A DNA stretch of 64,000 nucleotides from Candidatus Micrarchaeota archaeon (GCA_043803815.1 JAZDJR010000014.1:26822-90821), one strand, 5' to 3'; counted from the stretch's first letter, positions 9,470 to 18,810 are shown. Translations and numbers: made by a program. The notes: generated by a model not told the origin, from the sequence alone.

Positions 9470-10429
9470 TCAGGACTGTTTTTTTCCCAAACGGACCGCA
9501 AGCCTGACCAGCATGTCCTTGGTCATGGCAGTCAAATCATAGCTCGGCTTCCAGTCCCATTCGCTTCTCGCGCAGGAATCGTCCAACGAAGCAGGCCAGG
9601 AATCGGCAATCGCCTGGCGAAAATCCGGCTTGTATGTTATTGCAAATTCGGGAACGTGCTTTTGGATTTCGGCAGCCAATTGTTCCGGCGCAAAACTCAT
9701 GGCATTCACGTTAAAGTCCGCATGACGCTTTAATTTGGAAACCGGCGCATCGGCCAGGTCCATGAGCGCTTTAAGGGCATCCGGCATGTACATCATGGGT
9801 AAAAAAGTCCCTTTTTGCAAAAAGCACTCGTATTTTTTGCTTTGAATCGCTTCGTAAAAAATCGCGACCGCATAATCCGTAGTGCCGCCGCCGGGCAAAG
9901 CTTCCGAAGAAATGATTCCGGGAAAACGCACCCCGCGCACATCCAGGCCGTATTTGTGAAAATAATACGTTCCCAATAATTCGCCCGCAACCTTGGTCGC
10001 GCCGTACATGGTGGACGGATGCAAAACCGCATCGTTGGACGTGTTTTTTTTTGGCGCGTCGGAGCCGTACACCGCCATGGAACTCGGAATCATTATCCTT
10101 TCGAGCTTGAACTCGCGGCCGACTTCAAGGACATTGTACGTTCCCGTCATGTTGACGTGGTAGGCCGCCTGCGGGTTTTGCTCCCCTTTGGCCGAAATAA
10201 TCGCGGCCATGTGATAAATTGTATCAATGCCGTTTTTGCGCACGATTTTTTCCAAATCCTCTTTTCGGGTCACGTCGCCAAACACCACGGGCCCTTCTCC
10301 CAAGTCAACGCCTTTGGTATTCATATGGCCCATGGCAAAAACATTTTCATTTCCGAATTTTTTTCGCAACGCGGGAACCAGTTCCGAGCCGATTTGGCCA
10401 AACGCGCCCGTAACCAGGATTCTTTTCAT
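9470..10429 (-). CDS. tdh: NAD-dependent epimerase/dehydratase-fold enzyme, L-threonine 3-dehydrogenase-like
   Basis: ILVTGAFGQIGSEL Rossmann motif, YxxxK (YGATK). Overall resemblance to short-chain TDH. Start taken at MKRIL; the ORF track begins 5 codons upstream. Confidence 0.6.
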   Translation of the reverse strand: MKRILVTGAFGQIGSELVPALRKKFGNENVFAMGHMNTKGVDLGEGPVVFGDVTRKEDLEKIVRKNGIDTIYHMAAIISAKGEQNPQAAYHVNMTGTYNVLEVGREFKLERIMIPSSMAVYGSDAPKKNTSNDAVLHPSTMYGATKVAGELLGTYYFHKYGLDVRGVRFPGIISSEALPGGGTTDYAVAIFYEAIQSKKYECFLQKGTFLPMMYMPDALKALMDLADAPVSKLKRHADFNVNAMSFAPEQLAAEIQKHVPEFAITYKPDFRQAIADSWPASLDDSCARSEWDWKPSYDLTAMTKDMLVRLAVRLGKKQS

Positions 10430-10510
10430 TCCATCACAGTTCAATATCGGGGGATTTGGGTTAAATAGCCTTTTGGCGAAAAAAAACCAAAAGTCGGGAA
10501 GTGACGAAAA

Positions 10511-11161
10511 TCAGTCCTGAATCCTGCCGTTTTTTTGGAACGCATAATACGAATAACCGAACGAACCGGCAACAATACAGGCAATGGACAGGCCAAACCA
10601 AATCCAAAACTGATTTGGCCAAACCAAAATCGGCAAAACCAGCACTGCGGCCAGCCAAAAAACGGTTCTGGCAAACTTGTGCGTCTGGTCCCAGACTTTT
10701 TCGCTTGCCAAAGTCCACGGCGTCCGTATTCCTACAAAATAATTGCGCTTAAACGACGGCGACAAATAACCGATAACAAAAAAAAGCAGGGCCAAGCCCG
10801 GAACCATAAAATAATTCATGTTAAATTCAAAGCCGAGATTGAACAGCAAAGTCACGGCAAAAACCGCGCCTAAAAAAAGCTCGATTACCAAACCCAGCAG
10901 CCAGTATTGTGCCTCGAATTTTTTCAGGTTTTTTTGGTACACTTCGATTTTTGGAATCAGTAAAAAAACTATGAACGCAACCAGCATGACAACGGGAAGA
11001 ATAAACGCGGCCGTTAAGGGCGAACCAAAACCGTTGGCTTGTCCAGCTGCGTTCCAGTGAATCGCCACTTTTTCAGGCAGCAATGGCAAAGCCCAAAATC
11101 CCGCGATAAAAGAAAGTACGACTAATAGTCCTGCCAGTATCTTTGGAATTCTTTTTTGCAT
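10511..11161 (-). CDS. SdpI/YhfL-family membrane protein
   Basis: GIRTPWTL signature, 4-6 TM helices. Start taken at MQKRIPKIL; the upstream part of the ORF is Arg/Lys-rich and unlikely to be coding. Confidence 0.55.
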   Translation of the reverse strand: MQKRIPKILAGLLVVLSFIAGFWALPLLPEKVAIHWNAAGQANGFGSPLTAAFILPVVMLVAFIVFLLIPKIEVYQKNLKKFEAQYWLLGLVIELFLGAVFAVTLLFNLGFEFNMNYFMVPGLALLFFVIGYLSPSFKRNYFVGIRTPWTLASEKVWDQTHKFARTVFWLAAVLVLPILVWPNQFWIWFGLSIACIVAGSFGYSYYAFQKNGRIQD

Positions 11162-11201
11162 AACGAATACACGGCAAAACAGCGTAAATAGCTTTCGAAA
11201 T

Positions 11202-11498
11202 TTACTGTTTGGCAATCGTGCCGGCTTTTCCCGTGGAAATCTGCTTTTCGCCCTTGTATTCCGAGCACCAGCCGTTTTCAATGGTTATGGTGTCGCCTTC
11301 GTTGTACTGGTTCACCTGGTCGTTCCACAAGGTCAGGGAAATCTCGCCGGAATCGTCTTTAACCGCCGCTTTGCAAAGTTTTCCCTCGCCGCGGCTAGAC
11401 GCAAAAGGGCGGGGCTCTCCTTTGGATACCAGTTCAACCACGACTTTTGAAAACGTCTGGTTAACCTGCAGTTCTTTTACTTTTTGAATTTCAGCCAT
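11202..11498 (-). CDS. OB-fold nucleic-acid-binding protein (SSB/RPA-like)
   Basis: 98 aa. Pattern of alternating beta-strands, GEGKLCKAAVKDDSGEISLTLWND block reminiscent of anticodon-binding/SSB OB folds. Confidence 0.4.
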   Translation of the reverse strand: MAEIQKVKELQVNQTFSKVVVELVSKGEPRPFASSRGEGKLCKAAVKDDSGEISLTLWNDQVNQYNEGDTITIENGWCSEYKGEKQISTGKAGTIAKQ

Positions 11499-11618
11499 AA
11501 CAAATCAGAATTATTTGCCAGCCAAACCGTTATAAATTAATCCTTGCCAACCAAACCCAAAAAAAGCAACCAAAAGGCGATTTTTCAAATCAAACGCTTA
11601 TTTTTGAATTTCAAATCT

Positions 11619-12974
11619 TTATTTTTTGGCTTTGGATTTTACTGTTTTTTTAACCGTTTTTTTCGCGGGTTTTTTCGCCTTCGCTTTTGGTGTTGCTATT
11701 GAAACGTGCTTTCCGATTTCAGTCTGGCCGTCCATGTACGGCTGCAAAACTTTTGGAATCTTGATGTTTCCGCTTTCGGTCTGGTAAGTTTCCAAAAGCG
11801 CTATCATTAACCGCGAAGTCGCAAGGCCCGAACCGTTTAACGTGTGGCAAAAAATCGTTTCGTTTTGCCGCTTAAACTTGGTATTCATGCGCCTGCCTTG
11901 GAAATCCGTGCAATTCGAAATCGAACTGCATTCCAGGTACTTATCCATTGCCGGAGCGTACACTTCCAAATCATACGTTTTCGCGGACGCGATTCCCATG
12001 TCACCCGACGCCAATAATTTGGTTCGGTAATGCAAGCCCAGTTTTTCAAGCAATTGTTCGCCGTAACCGCGCATTTCCTCGTGCAGTTTCCACGATTCTT
12101 CCGGCGTGCAGATAAAAACCATTTCGACTTTGTCAAACTGGTGCAGGCGAAAAATTCCCGGGGTTTCCGCTCCGTGCTTTCCCGCTTCGGTTCGAAAACA
12201 CGCGGTAAAACTGCAAAACTTTTTCGGCAAATCCTTTTCTTCCAGGGTTTCGTTCGCGAACAGGTTCGTGACAGGCACTTCGGCTGTCGGAATCAGGTAA
12301 AAACCGTCCGTGGTCTTGTACAGGTCTTTTTCAAACTTGGGCAGGTTTCCCGTTCCAAATGCGGTTTTCTCGTTCACCAAAAACGGAACGCTCACTTCTT
12401 CCAACCCGTTTTTTCTGTGGCAATCCAGAAAAAAATTAATCAACGCGCGCTCCAATCGTGCCAAATCTTTTCGAAAAACAAAAAATCCCGCCCCCGCGAT
12501 TTTGGCCGCGCGCGTCATGTCCAGCATTTCCAAGGCGTTCGCCAGCTCGTGGTGCTGCTTTGGAACAAAATCAAATGCGGGTTTTTTTCCGCTTTCTTTT
12601 ACGATTTGAAAATTTTCCTCTCCGCCGGACGGAACGCTTTCATGCGGAATATTGGGCAGGCGCTGGAGCAAAAAATCCCTGCGCTCCAAAAACGAGCCGG
12701 TTTCGACTTCGGTTTTCGCGATTTCCCGCGGCAATTCCCGAGCTTGTTTCAGCAATTCTTCAATCGATTTTCCCGCTTTTTTGGCTTCTTTGATTTCAAT
12801 GGTAATCTTGTTCCGCTTGTTCCGCAACTGGTCTTCCATGGACTTGGATTCCCTCCATTTTTGGTCAAATTCCATTAACTCGTCAACGGATACCTCGCTT
12901 TGGCGCTTTTGCATCGCTTGCCTGACCAGTTCAGTCTTTTCGCGGATTAAATGAATATCCAGCATGTCCAACAC
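11619..12974 (-). CDS. serS: Seryl-tRNA synthetase with Lys-rich C-terminal tail
   Basis: N-terminal coiled-coil arm, class II motifs (FRTEAG, GSGLATSRLM). Confidence 0.9.
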   Translation of the reverse strand: MLDMLDIHLIREKTELVRQAMQKRQSEVSVDELMEFDQKWRESKSMEDQLRNKRNKITIEIKEAKKAGKSIEELLKQARELPREIAKTEVETGSFLERRDFLLQRLPNIPHESVPSGGEENFQIVKESGKKPAFDFVPKQHHELANALEMLDMTRAAKIAGAGFFVFRKDLARLERALINFFLDCHRKNGLEEVSVPFLVNEKTAFGTGNLPKFEKDLYKTTDGFYLIPTAEVPVTNLFANETLEEKDLPKKFCSFTACFRTEAGKHGAETPGIFRLHQFDKVEMVFICTPEESWKLHEEMRGYGEQLLEKLGLHYRTKLLASGDMGIASAKTYDLEVYAPAMDKYLECSSISNCTDFQGRRMNTKFKRQNETIFCHTLNGSGLATSRLMIALLETYQTESGNIKIPKVLQPYMDGQTEIGKHVSIATPKAKAKKPAKKTVKKTVKSKAKK

Positions 12975-13200
12975 TATGTTCCCTAAGCCATTTTAACCTT
13001 TGGCACCCTCGAGAGTGTCAAATACAAAAAGCCCTTAAACAAACCAAAAGGGGCTTTTTGTTATTGCGAAACAAGGCCAATCAGGGGTTTTGCGGCTAAA
13101 ACGAGGGTTTAACTACTTTTTGAAGACAAGGTATTCAAGGCGATAGTAAGACTAGGTTCTAGTTGTTTTTTCGCCAAAAACAAAAAAGGAGTAAGTAAGA

Positions 13201-13368
13201 ATGGCTTTCCAACCACGCGGCTCATTTGGCGGCGGTGCAGGCGGAGATCGGCAAATGTTCGATGTCACCTGTTCAGATTGCGGACAACCCACTCAAGTCC
13301 CCTTCAAACCGACCGACGGACGACCCGTATATTGCAGAAATTGCTACCAAAAACACAAACGATACTAA
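13201..13368 (+). CDS. CxxC-x17-CxxC zinc-ribbon small protein (55 aa)
   Basis: Hand translation: MAFQPRGSFGGGAGGDRQMFDVTCSDCGQPTQVPFKPTDGRPVYCRNCYQKHKRY. GGAG RBS 8 nt upstream. Below the 60-aa cutoff of the ORF track. Confidence 0.6.
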   Translation: MAFQPRGSFGGGAGGDRQMFDVTCSDCGQPTQVPFKPTDGRPVYCRNCYQKHKRY

Positions 13369-13527
13369 ATCGTTTTTGGGTAACAACTCTAAAAAATTCA
13401 CTGTATTTTTCTAATTTTTATTATTTTTTTTCCCGAAGCATCGCTTTAAACCAAAAACAGCCCGCTTGCCCCATTACGTGGGGCGAGCGGCGGGAACACG
13501 GATAGTTCCGGATTTTGACAATTGTTT

Positions 13528-13809
13528 TTACCGCTTGTAAATATTGTCGTGATGGTCAAAGCGGTCAAACAGGATGAATTTTTCTTTTTTGGATACCTTA
13601 AATAGCAGGACAAAATTGCGTGCGATGTGCACCCGCTTGTATTCGCTTAAATCGTGCTTGAGATTCTTGTAATGGTCAATGGTGGCATCGTCGCTGGCGA
13701 TTATCTGCCGGATTTTCTTGTTAATCGCATCCGCCATCGCGGGGTCCCGCTTGGCCAAAAGGCGAACGGCATCCTTTAATTCGTCGGACAAATCAAAAGA
13801 AAACGGCAT
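13528..13809 (-). CDS. RelE/ParE-family toxin
   Basis: 93 aa. C-terminal YKRVHIARNFVLLFKVSKKEKFILFDRFDHHDNIY matches the RelE/StbE fold pattern. Confidence 0.65.
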   Translation of the reverse strand: MPFSFDLSDELKDAVRLLAKRDPAMADAINKKIRQIIASDDATIDHYKNLKHDLSEYKRVHIARNFVLLFKVSKKEKFILFDRFDHHDNIYKR

Positions 13810-13810
13810 C

Positions 13811-14074
13811 TTATTGCCCCGCAGTCAACCGGTCCAGCTCGTCCAAAGTCATTTTCCGAAAGCCGTATTTTTTGATGTGCCGCGCGCAGGAAGCGATGAC
13901 TTCTTTAACGACTTCTTCCTTGACTTCGCGCTCCACAAACTCGTCGCCGCACAGCTCGGCAAACTTGTCGAGAGCCTTTCCCTTGTCCTTTAAGCCGTAC
14001 TTTTCCTTGACCACCCCGACCACGCGGTTGGTATACTCGCTTACCGTCACGTTCATCGTCACCGTCTTACCCAT
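13811..14074 (-). CDS. Putative cognate antitoxin
   Basis: 87-aa acidic/basic small protein immediately upstream of the RelE gene (1-nt spacing), same strand. Confidence 0.45.
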   Translation of the reverse strand: MGKTVTMNVTVSEYTNRVVGVVKEKYGLKDKGKALDKFAELCGDEFVEREVKEEVVKEVIASCARHIKKYGFRKMTLDELDRLTAGQ

Positions 14075-14173
14075 ATTAGTTCACCTAATATAAACTTAGT
14101 CCGACTAATTTAAAAATATTCGGTCGGTTAACACCAAAAAGCTTCAAAAACCGGAAAAACGACAAAATGGGTG

Positions 14174-14797
14174 TTAACTAACTCCCAGTTTTTGCAGGTC
14201 ATTAACCAATTGTTCGTTGTTCTTGAACAAAATCGTCTGGAACCCCATTTCTTTTGCGGGCTTCAGATGCCGTTCTCGGTCATCCACAAAAACGCATTCG
14301 TTGGCCAAAAGCTTCATTTTTTTCAAGACGAGTTCGAATATTTTCGGGTCGGGTTTGGCAAGCCCCACTTCGCAAGACAACAAACATGGGTCAAACGGTT
14401 CGAACAGTCCCCTTTCTTTGGTAATCTCGGCATGAAAGTCGTTCAGGTTGCTTAACAACGCCACTTTGTATTTTTTCTTCAGTTTTTTGGCAATTTCCAA
14501 TAGTCCCTCATTAACCGGCATTACTTCCAAATACGCGGCTTTCCAAATCGATTGCAATTGTTCAATGCTTTGATGCAAGCCGGCTTTTTTCTTTAACAGT
14601 TCTAAAAATTCCTTGTGCGACATTTTTCCGGTCAATGCCTTTTTTTCATACTCGTCCTGGCCCAAGCCCTCCAGTATGCTTTTGTCGATTCCGAGTTTTT
14701 CACTCACGCGCTGTATAATCAGTTCAAACTTTCCGACCAAGACAACGCCACCCATGTCAAAAACGACCGCCTTAATCATAACCAACACTATCTGCAA
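14174..14797 (-). CDS. HAD-superfamily hydrolase (subfamily IA)
   Basis: Motif I VVFDMGGVV, motif III K, motif IV FVDDRE. Confidence 0.7.
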   Translation of the reverse strand: MQIVLVMIKAVVFDMGGVVLVGKFELIIQRVSEKLGIDKSILEGLGQDEYEKKALTGKMSHKEFLELLKKKAGLHQSIEQLQSIWKAAYLEVMPVNEGLLEIAKKLKKKYKVALLSNLNDFHAEITKERGLFEPFDPCLLSCEVGLAKPDPKIFELVLKKMKLLANECVFVDDRERHLKPAKEMGFQTILFKNNEQLVNDLQKLGVS

Positions 14798-14894
14798 TCA
14801 GGGATTAAAACCATTCGCCAAAGCTGACCAATAAACCCAAATTCAGCGCCGCAGGCCGACGAGACGGACGGTTAAAAATTTTAAAAATTAGTAT

Positions 14895-15135
14895 TCCCCT
14901 CTCCAGGATTTGCACCAGGGACCTTCCGGTCGCCGCACGTCCCAAAGGGACATTAGGCCATCCGCTTTTGGCGGATATTATTCCTCGGGTTTCCCGTTTT
15001 TGGCTTTCGCCAAAAAGGGCCCTTTCAAGCTTTCGCTTGAAACGGGTTTCTTTGAACCCGAGGCGCGTTTCTTTTCTTTCGAAAAGAAAGCCGTTCTTCT
15101 ACAGCCGGACGCTCTACTAGCTGAGCTAAGAGGGG
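14895..15135 (-). tRNA. tRNA-Tyr (GUA) with a ~165-nt intron in the anticodon loop
   Basis: Minus-strand read: acceptor cccctct/agagggg, perfect D-arm gctc-agctagta-gagc, anticodon stem tccgg with loop cuGUAga. After the intron come ccgga, variable aggtc and a T-arm cctgg-ugcaaau-cctgg with one U-U mismatch. The intron holds three GNRA (GAAA) hairpins when read on the minus strand. Confidence 0.6.
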
Positions 15136-15136
15136 T

Positions 15137-16069
15137 CTATGAATTATGCCTTGGGACGGTTTTTAAATGCTTTTTGGGGGTGAAAACGCGTTCAAAGAGC
15201 CAGGGCCAGGCCGCGGAAACCCAAAGGCCCGCACAGAAAAAAACGAGAAATTGTTCCATCGAAGAAGGAAGTTTTAAGGCGGCAAAAACCAGTATTGCGG
15301 TGATAATTAATCCCACAACGGTTTTTTTGGCTTGGTTTTTCCGGTTTTGGGCGGATTGCACAAACCCCGCTTTTTGAACCCAAAAAAATCCCCCGTAAAA
15401 TCCCAAGACAACGGCCGTGAGTAATGGCGGGTTAATCCAAACCAAAAGAACTATCGCCAAAACCAAGGTCAGCAAAAACCCGAGCTCGTCGTCGAGTTTG
15501 GATAGCTTGATTCCTTTTTTTTCCAGGCGCAGGTGCGTTTGCCAAGCCGCCCAGCCCACCAATAATCCGACAACGGTTCCCGCAACTACGTCGGAAAAAA
15601 AATGCGCGCCCAAAACAAGGCGCGACAAATCAACCAGTATAATCAAAAGAATTCCCAAAACCAGCCAGTGATTTTTTTTCAGTTTTTTGATTTGCGAAAC
15701 CGGCTTTAAAAAAAACAAGGTCATGGAACCGATGATTCCCGCGTGGCCGCTTGGAAAACTATACGGACTTTCCCCAAGCCCAGAAACCAGACTGTTTTCA
15801 GGGGCAACGAAAAACTGTAGGGCCGTCGGCCGCGGGCGCATGAAAGCGGCTTTGAGCGCACCGATGACAACCGAAGTGAACACAATGAGGTTAACCATCC
15901 AAAACGATTCTTTTTCACGCGAGTTCCAGTACAAAATGCACGCGATGGCAAACCAGAAACCGGGGTGGCCAAGATACGTTATCCAGTGGAAAGCGGGTTC
16001 CAAAAAGCCGAGGCTGCCTTGGACCGAGGTTAAGACCGCGTTGTCAAAGGACTGAATTAGTTCGAACAT
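15137..16069 (-). CDS. PAP2-family membrane phosphatase
   Basis: KxxxxxxRP (FMRPRP), PSGH (SFPSGHAG) and SRxxxxxHxxxD-like motifs. Multiple TM helices. Confidence 0.7.
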   Translation of the reverse strand: MFELIQSFDNAVLTSVQGSLGFLEPAFHWITYLGHPGFWFAIACILYWNSREKESFWMVNLIVFTSVVIGALKAAFMRPRPTALQFFVAPENSLVSGLGESPYSFPSGHAGIIGSMTLFFLKPVSQIKKLKKNHWLVLGILLIILVDLSRLVLGAHFFSDVVAGTVVGLLVGWAAWQTHLRLEKKGIKLSKLDDELGFLLTLVLAIVLLVWINPPLLTAVVLGFYGGFFWVQKAGFVQSAQNRKNQAKKTVVGLIITAILVFAALKLPSSMEQFLVFFCAGLWVSAAWPWLFERVFTPKKHLKTVPRHNS

Positions 16070-16118
16070 AACCTATACAAAGAGCGGTTATACCAATATA
16101 AATTATTCTCGAAAACGT

Positions 16119-16298
16119 TCAGATTTTTCTTCGCAGTTTTTCGTATTCTTCTCTCGTGATTTTGGTTTGTTTCAGTATTTCGTTCAAAAGCCAGATGTTC
16201 AGGTCTTCGTTTCCATGCACCGGAATAACGGTTTTTCTTCCGTCGGGATGGATATAACGGACGTGGCTTCCGACTTGGTGGATTCTTTGAAAACCCAT
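16119..16298 (-). CDS. HicA-like mRNA interferase toxin; no ATG at the expected N-terminus
   Basis: Frame continues upstream as PKLIPISGKELCKLLEKMGFQRIHQVGSHVRYIHPDGRKTVIPVHGNEDLNIWLLNEILKQTKI, the HicA consensus. The open frame begins at 16361 with no ATG, GTG or TTG before the Met at 16298. Not in the ORF track (59 aa from ATG). Confidence 0.5.
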   Translation of the reverse strand: MGFQRIHQVGSHVRYIHPDGRKTVIPVHGNEDLNIWLLNEILKQTKITREEYEKLRRKI

Positions 16299-16397
16299 TT
16301 TTTCCAGGAGTTTGCACAGTTCCTTGCCAGAAATCGGAATTAATTTTGGCCGTTTACACCGTTATTTGAACTTTTTATTTGTTTCTTTCAAACGTTT

Positions 16398-16847
16398 TCA
16401 CGCTTTTTTCGCGCTTTTCATGACGCGTTTCATGCCGGGAATCTTGATTTCCGAATAATCCACGACAACCCCGCAGGCTTTTAGGAGTTTTCTTGAGGCG
16501 TAGGCGCGCAAAAAATCCGCGACTTCTTTTTGCTCGCCTTTTTGCAAGGAGGGAATGGCGGAAATTTCGTTGATGACCTGGGAAACTTTTCGCGTATTAA
16601 GCTCTTTTAAAACGCCTGCGATTTCGTCTTCGGTTTTGCCGGCCTGAACTTGGTCCAAAACCGCGTCGAGTTTTTTGATGTCCGTTATTTTGCCGAGGTT
16701 TTCCGCGATTTTTCGGTCCACGCTAAACGTCATGGAAGCCAAAAATTCGGCTATGGTGCGCGGGTCGGTTGCGGGTTCTATTTTGAGTTTTTTAATCGCG
16801 GCCCAATCGTCATAATTGGCCACAAATTGGATGTATTGTTCGCTCAT
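16398..16847 (-). CDS. Hypothetical protein (150 aa)
   Basis: The ORF-track version (to 16991) overlaps tRNA-Thr. Start reassigned to the internal Met MSEQYIQFV. Confidence 0.4.
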   Translation of the reverse strand: MSEQYIQFVANYDDWAAIKKLKIEPATDPRTIAEFLASMTFSVDRKIAENLGKITDIKKLDAVLDQVQAGKTEDEIAGVLKELNTRKVSQVINEISAIPSLQKGEQKEVADFLRAYASRKLLKACGVVVDYSEIKIPGMKRVMKSAKKA

Positions 16848-16932
16848 GGTTTCACCCGCTCTAATGCCAAAACTTGAATTATTTGAGTAATTGAAAGGTT
16901 TTAAATGAATCTGTGGGGAATTCTTTATCATT

Positions 16933-17005
16933 GCCGGTGAAGCATATCCTGGTTTTGCAGCGGTTTTGTAAACCGCAGGCTGAGGGTTCAAATCCCTCCA
17001 CCGGC
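16933..17005 (+). tRNA. tRNA-Thr (UGU)
   Basis: Acceptor gccggtg/caccggc, anticodon stem gcggt/accgc with loop uuUGUaa, T-arm gaggg-ttcaaat-ccctc. D-region nearly identical to the tRNA-Thr (GGU) at 23315. Confidence 0.75.
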
Positions 17006-17176
17006 TATTTGTTCAATTTTATCCAAGTGCCCGAACCGGTTTCTTTTTTTGCCGTGTCAAAAAAAAGTTTCAGGGTATCCAAATTATAAAATCCGATTCG
17101 AGAATCATGCATGGGAAAAATAGCTCTTAAGCGAATAAGCCGTTTTGCCAGCCCGTCATTTCCGGTGAAACCGGAT

Positions 17177-17890
17177 TTATTGGTCCGGCAGGCTTTCGAG
17201 GATATAACGCCAGGCCAGCAGTTTGTGGGCTTCAACAAGCTTAAAGTCCTCTAGGGTTTCGGTTTCAAACCGCGTTTTTTTGAAATCAATGTATTCCCTC
17301 AGCATTTGGGCGTCGCCGTCGCGGACCTGCTGTTCACTCAGGCCGGTTTCGTTTGCAATGACCGTGACGTTTTCAGGAGAAACAAAATTCTTGATTTGAA
17401 TATTGGGAAGTTCCTGCTCCGCGAGCGCGATGGTTTCGTCAGGGGTCACGTTTTCGTCGGACAACAAGGAAACGAGTTCGTCCTGGATTATGCCAAGATG
17501 CGCGACGAGTGCGAATACCGCGGTTTCCTTTTGCAAAGCGTTCATTACGTCTATGTTGTTTTCGCTTTTTTGGAGCGTCTCATACAACGGCGTTTCTTTT
17601 TGCATTATCCAAAGCACTTCTTCCTCGTTGGAAACCGCAAGCGCGTATAATCTTGCGTATTCGGCCTCGTGGTCCAGCGGCGGCGCGGTTTGCTGCATGG
17701 TTGCCACCAAATCGGCGGTTTGTGCGTTCATGTCCGCCAGTCCTGCGTGAACATTGTCTGAAAAAGTTTTGGCCATTGTTGCTCCGATTCCGCTGTTTTT
17801 TTGTGTCGCTAAAAATAACGCGATTCCGGCCAATACGATAATTGCAACGGCAAGTCCAGCGATTATCCACTGGTCTTTGGAAAGTTTCAT
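17177..17890 (-). CDS. Membrane-anchored hypothetical protein
   Basis: N-terminal TM (WIIAGLAVAIIVLAGIALFLA), remainder soluble. No motifs recognised. Confidence 0.4.
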   Translation of the reverse strand: MKLSKDQWIIAGLAVAIIVLAGIALFLATQKNSGIGATMAKTFSDNVHAGLADMNAQTADLVATMQQTAPPLDHEAEYARLYALAVSNEEEVLWIMQKETPLYETLQKSENNIDVMNALQKETAVFALVAHLGIIQDELVSLLSDENVTPDETIALAEQELPNIQIKNFVSPENVTVIANETGLSEQQVRDGDAQMLREYIDFKKTRFETETLEDFKLVEAHKLLAWRYILESLPDQ

Positions 17891-17940
17891 GGCAGAGTAA
17901 GGACGAAAAAGTATTTTAGGGAGTCGGTTGAAAGTTAATC

Positions 17941-18810
17941 ATGGCTTTTGAAATCGGGATACTCGCGGCGTTTGGCGCAATGATTTGCTGGGGACTGGGG
18001 GATTTTTTCATCCAGCGTTCCACAAGAAAAATCGGTGACGTGCAGTCTTTAGCCTGGATTGGGTTAATCGGCGCGGTCCTCTTATTGCCGTTTGTAATCG
18101 GTGATTTGCAGTTATTGGTCGTTAAGCAAAACCTGTGGTTTTTGGCGGCTTTGGGTGCACTGGGTTTTGCAATTTCCTTGGTCACTTTTGAAGGATTCAA
18201 GCAGGGAAAACTTTCGGTAGTCGACGTCATTTTGGAAATCGAATTGCCGATTACGATTGCGTTTGGAATCGTTTTTCTGTCCGAAACCGTTTCGCTAATC
18301 CAACTGGCCATCATTTCCTTTGTTTTTGTTGGAATCGTATTGGTCGCCCTGCCGGTTTTTTCGCTTAAAGAATCGTTTCAAAAACTCGAAAAAGGCGCGC
18401 TGCTGGCCATTGTTGCTGCTTTGGGAATGGGTGCCATCAATTTTTTGACCGGGGTCGGCGCCAAAACCGTTTCGCCTTTTTTGGTGATTTGGGTTCCCTG
18501 GGTCATCATGGCGGTCATTTCGCTGTTCATTGTCTGGCGACGCGAAGGCTTCCAAAACTTTTTCAAAAACGCGGCCCAAAACAAAAAACTGATTGCCTGC
18601 GAAAGCGTTTTGGACACCGCCGCGTGGATGCTGTTTGCCATTGCGTTAGTCCGCCATCCGGTTTCGATTACAACCGCAATCACCGAAAGCTATCCTGCAT
18701 TGGCGGTGCTTTTAGGGGTTTGGTTTAACCGCGAAAAAGTGCAACGCCACCAATTGGCGGGAGCGGGAATGGCGATTGTTGCCAGCATCTGCCTTGGGTT
18801 TTTGGTTTAG
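17941..18810 (+). CDS. EamA/DMT-family transporter
   Basis: About 10 TM helices in two EamA-like halves. Possible TATA (aagtatttta) about 30 nt upstream. Confidence 0.7.
   Translation: MAFEIGILAAFGAMICWGLGDFFIQRSTRKIGDVQSLAWIGLIGAVLLLPFVIGDLQLLVVKQNLWFLAALGALGFAISLVTFEGFKQGKLSVVDVILEIELPITIAFGIVFLSETVSLIQLAIISFVFVGIVLVALPVFSLKESFQKLEKGALLAIVAALGMGAINFLTGVGAKTVSPFLVIWVPWVIMAVISLFIVWRREGFQNFFKNAAQNKKLIACESVLDTAAWMLFAIALVRHPVSITTAITESYPALAVLLGVWFNREKVQRHQLAGAGMAIVASICLGFLV

Noticed and set aside
12030-12878. 282-aa + strand ORF
   Set aside because: Antisense to serS, F/R-rich low-complexity translation. Antisense frame artefact.
14895-15135. RNase P RNA or SRP RNA in the HAD-PAP2 intergenic region
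   Set aside because: CR-I/CR-IV/CR-V and SRP helix-8 blocks were not found. The 5' end is a perfect tRNA acceptor/D-arm/anticodon arm, so an intron-containing tRNA-Tyr explains it better.
17005-17238. 77-aa minus-strand ORF
   Set aside because: It overlaps the tRNA-Thr (UGU) 3' end and the downstream gene, and has no supporting features.
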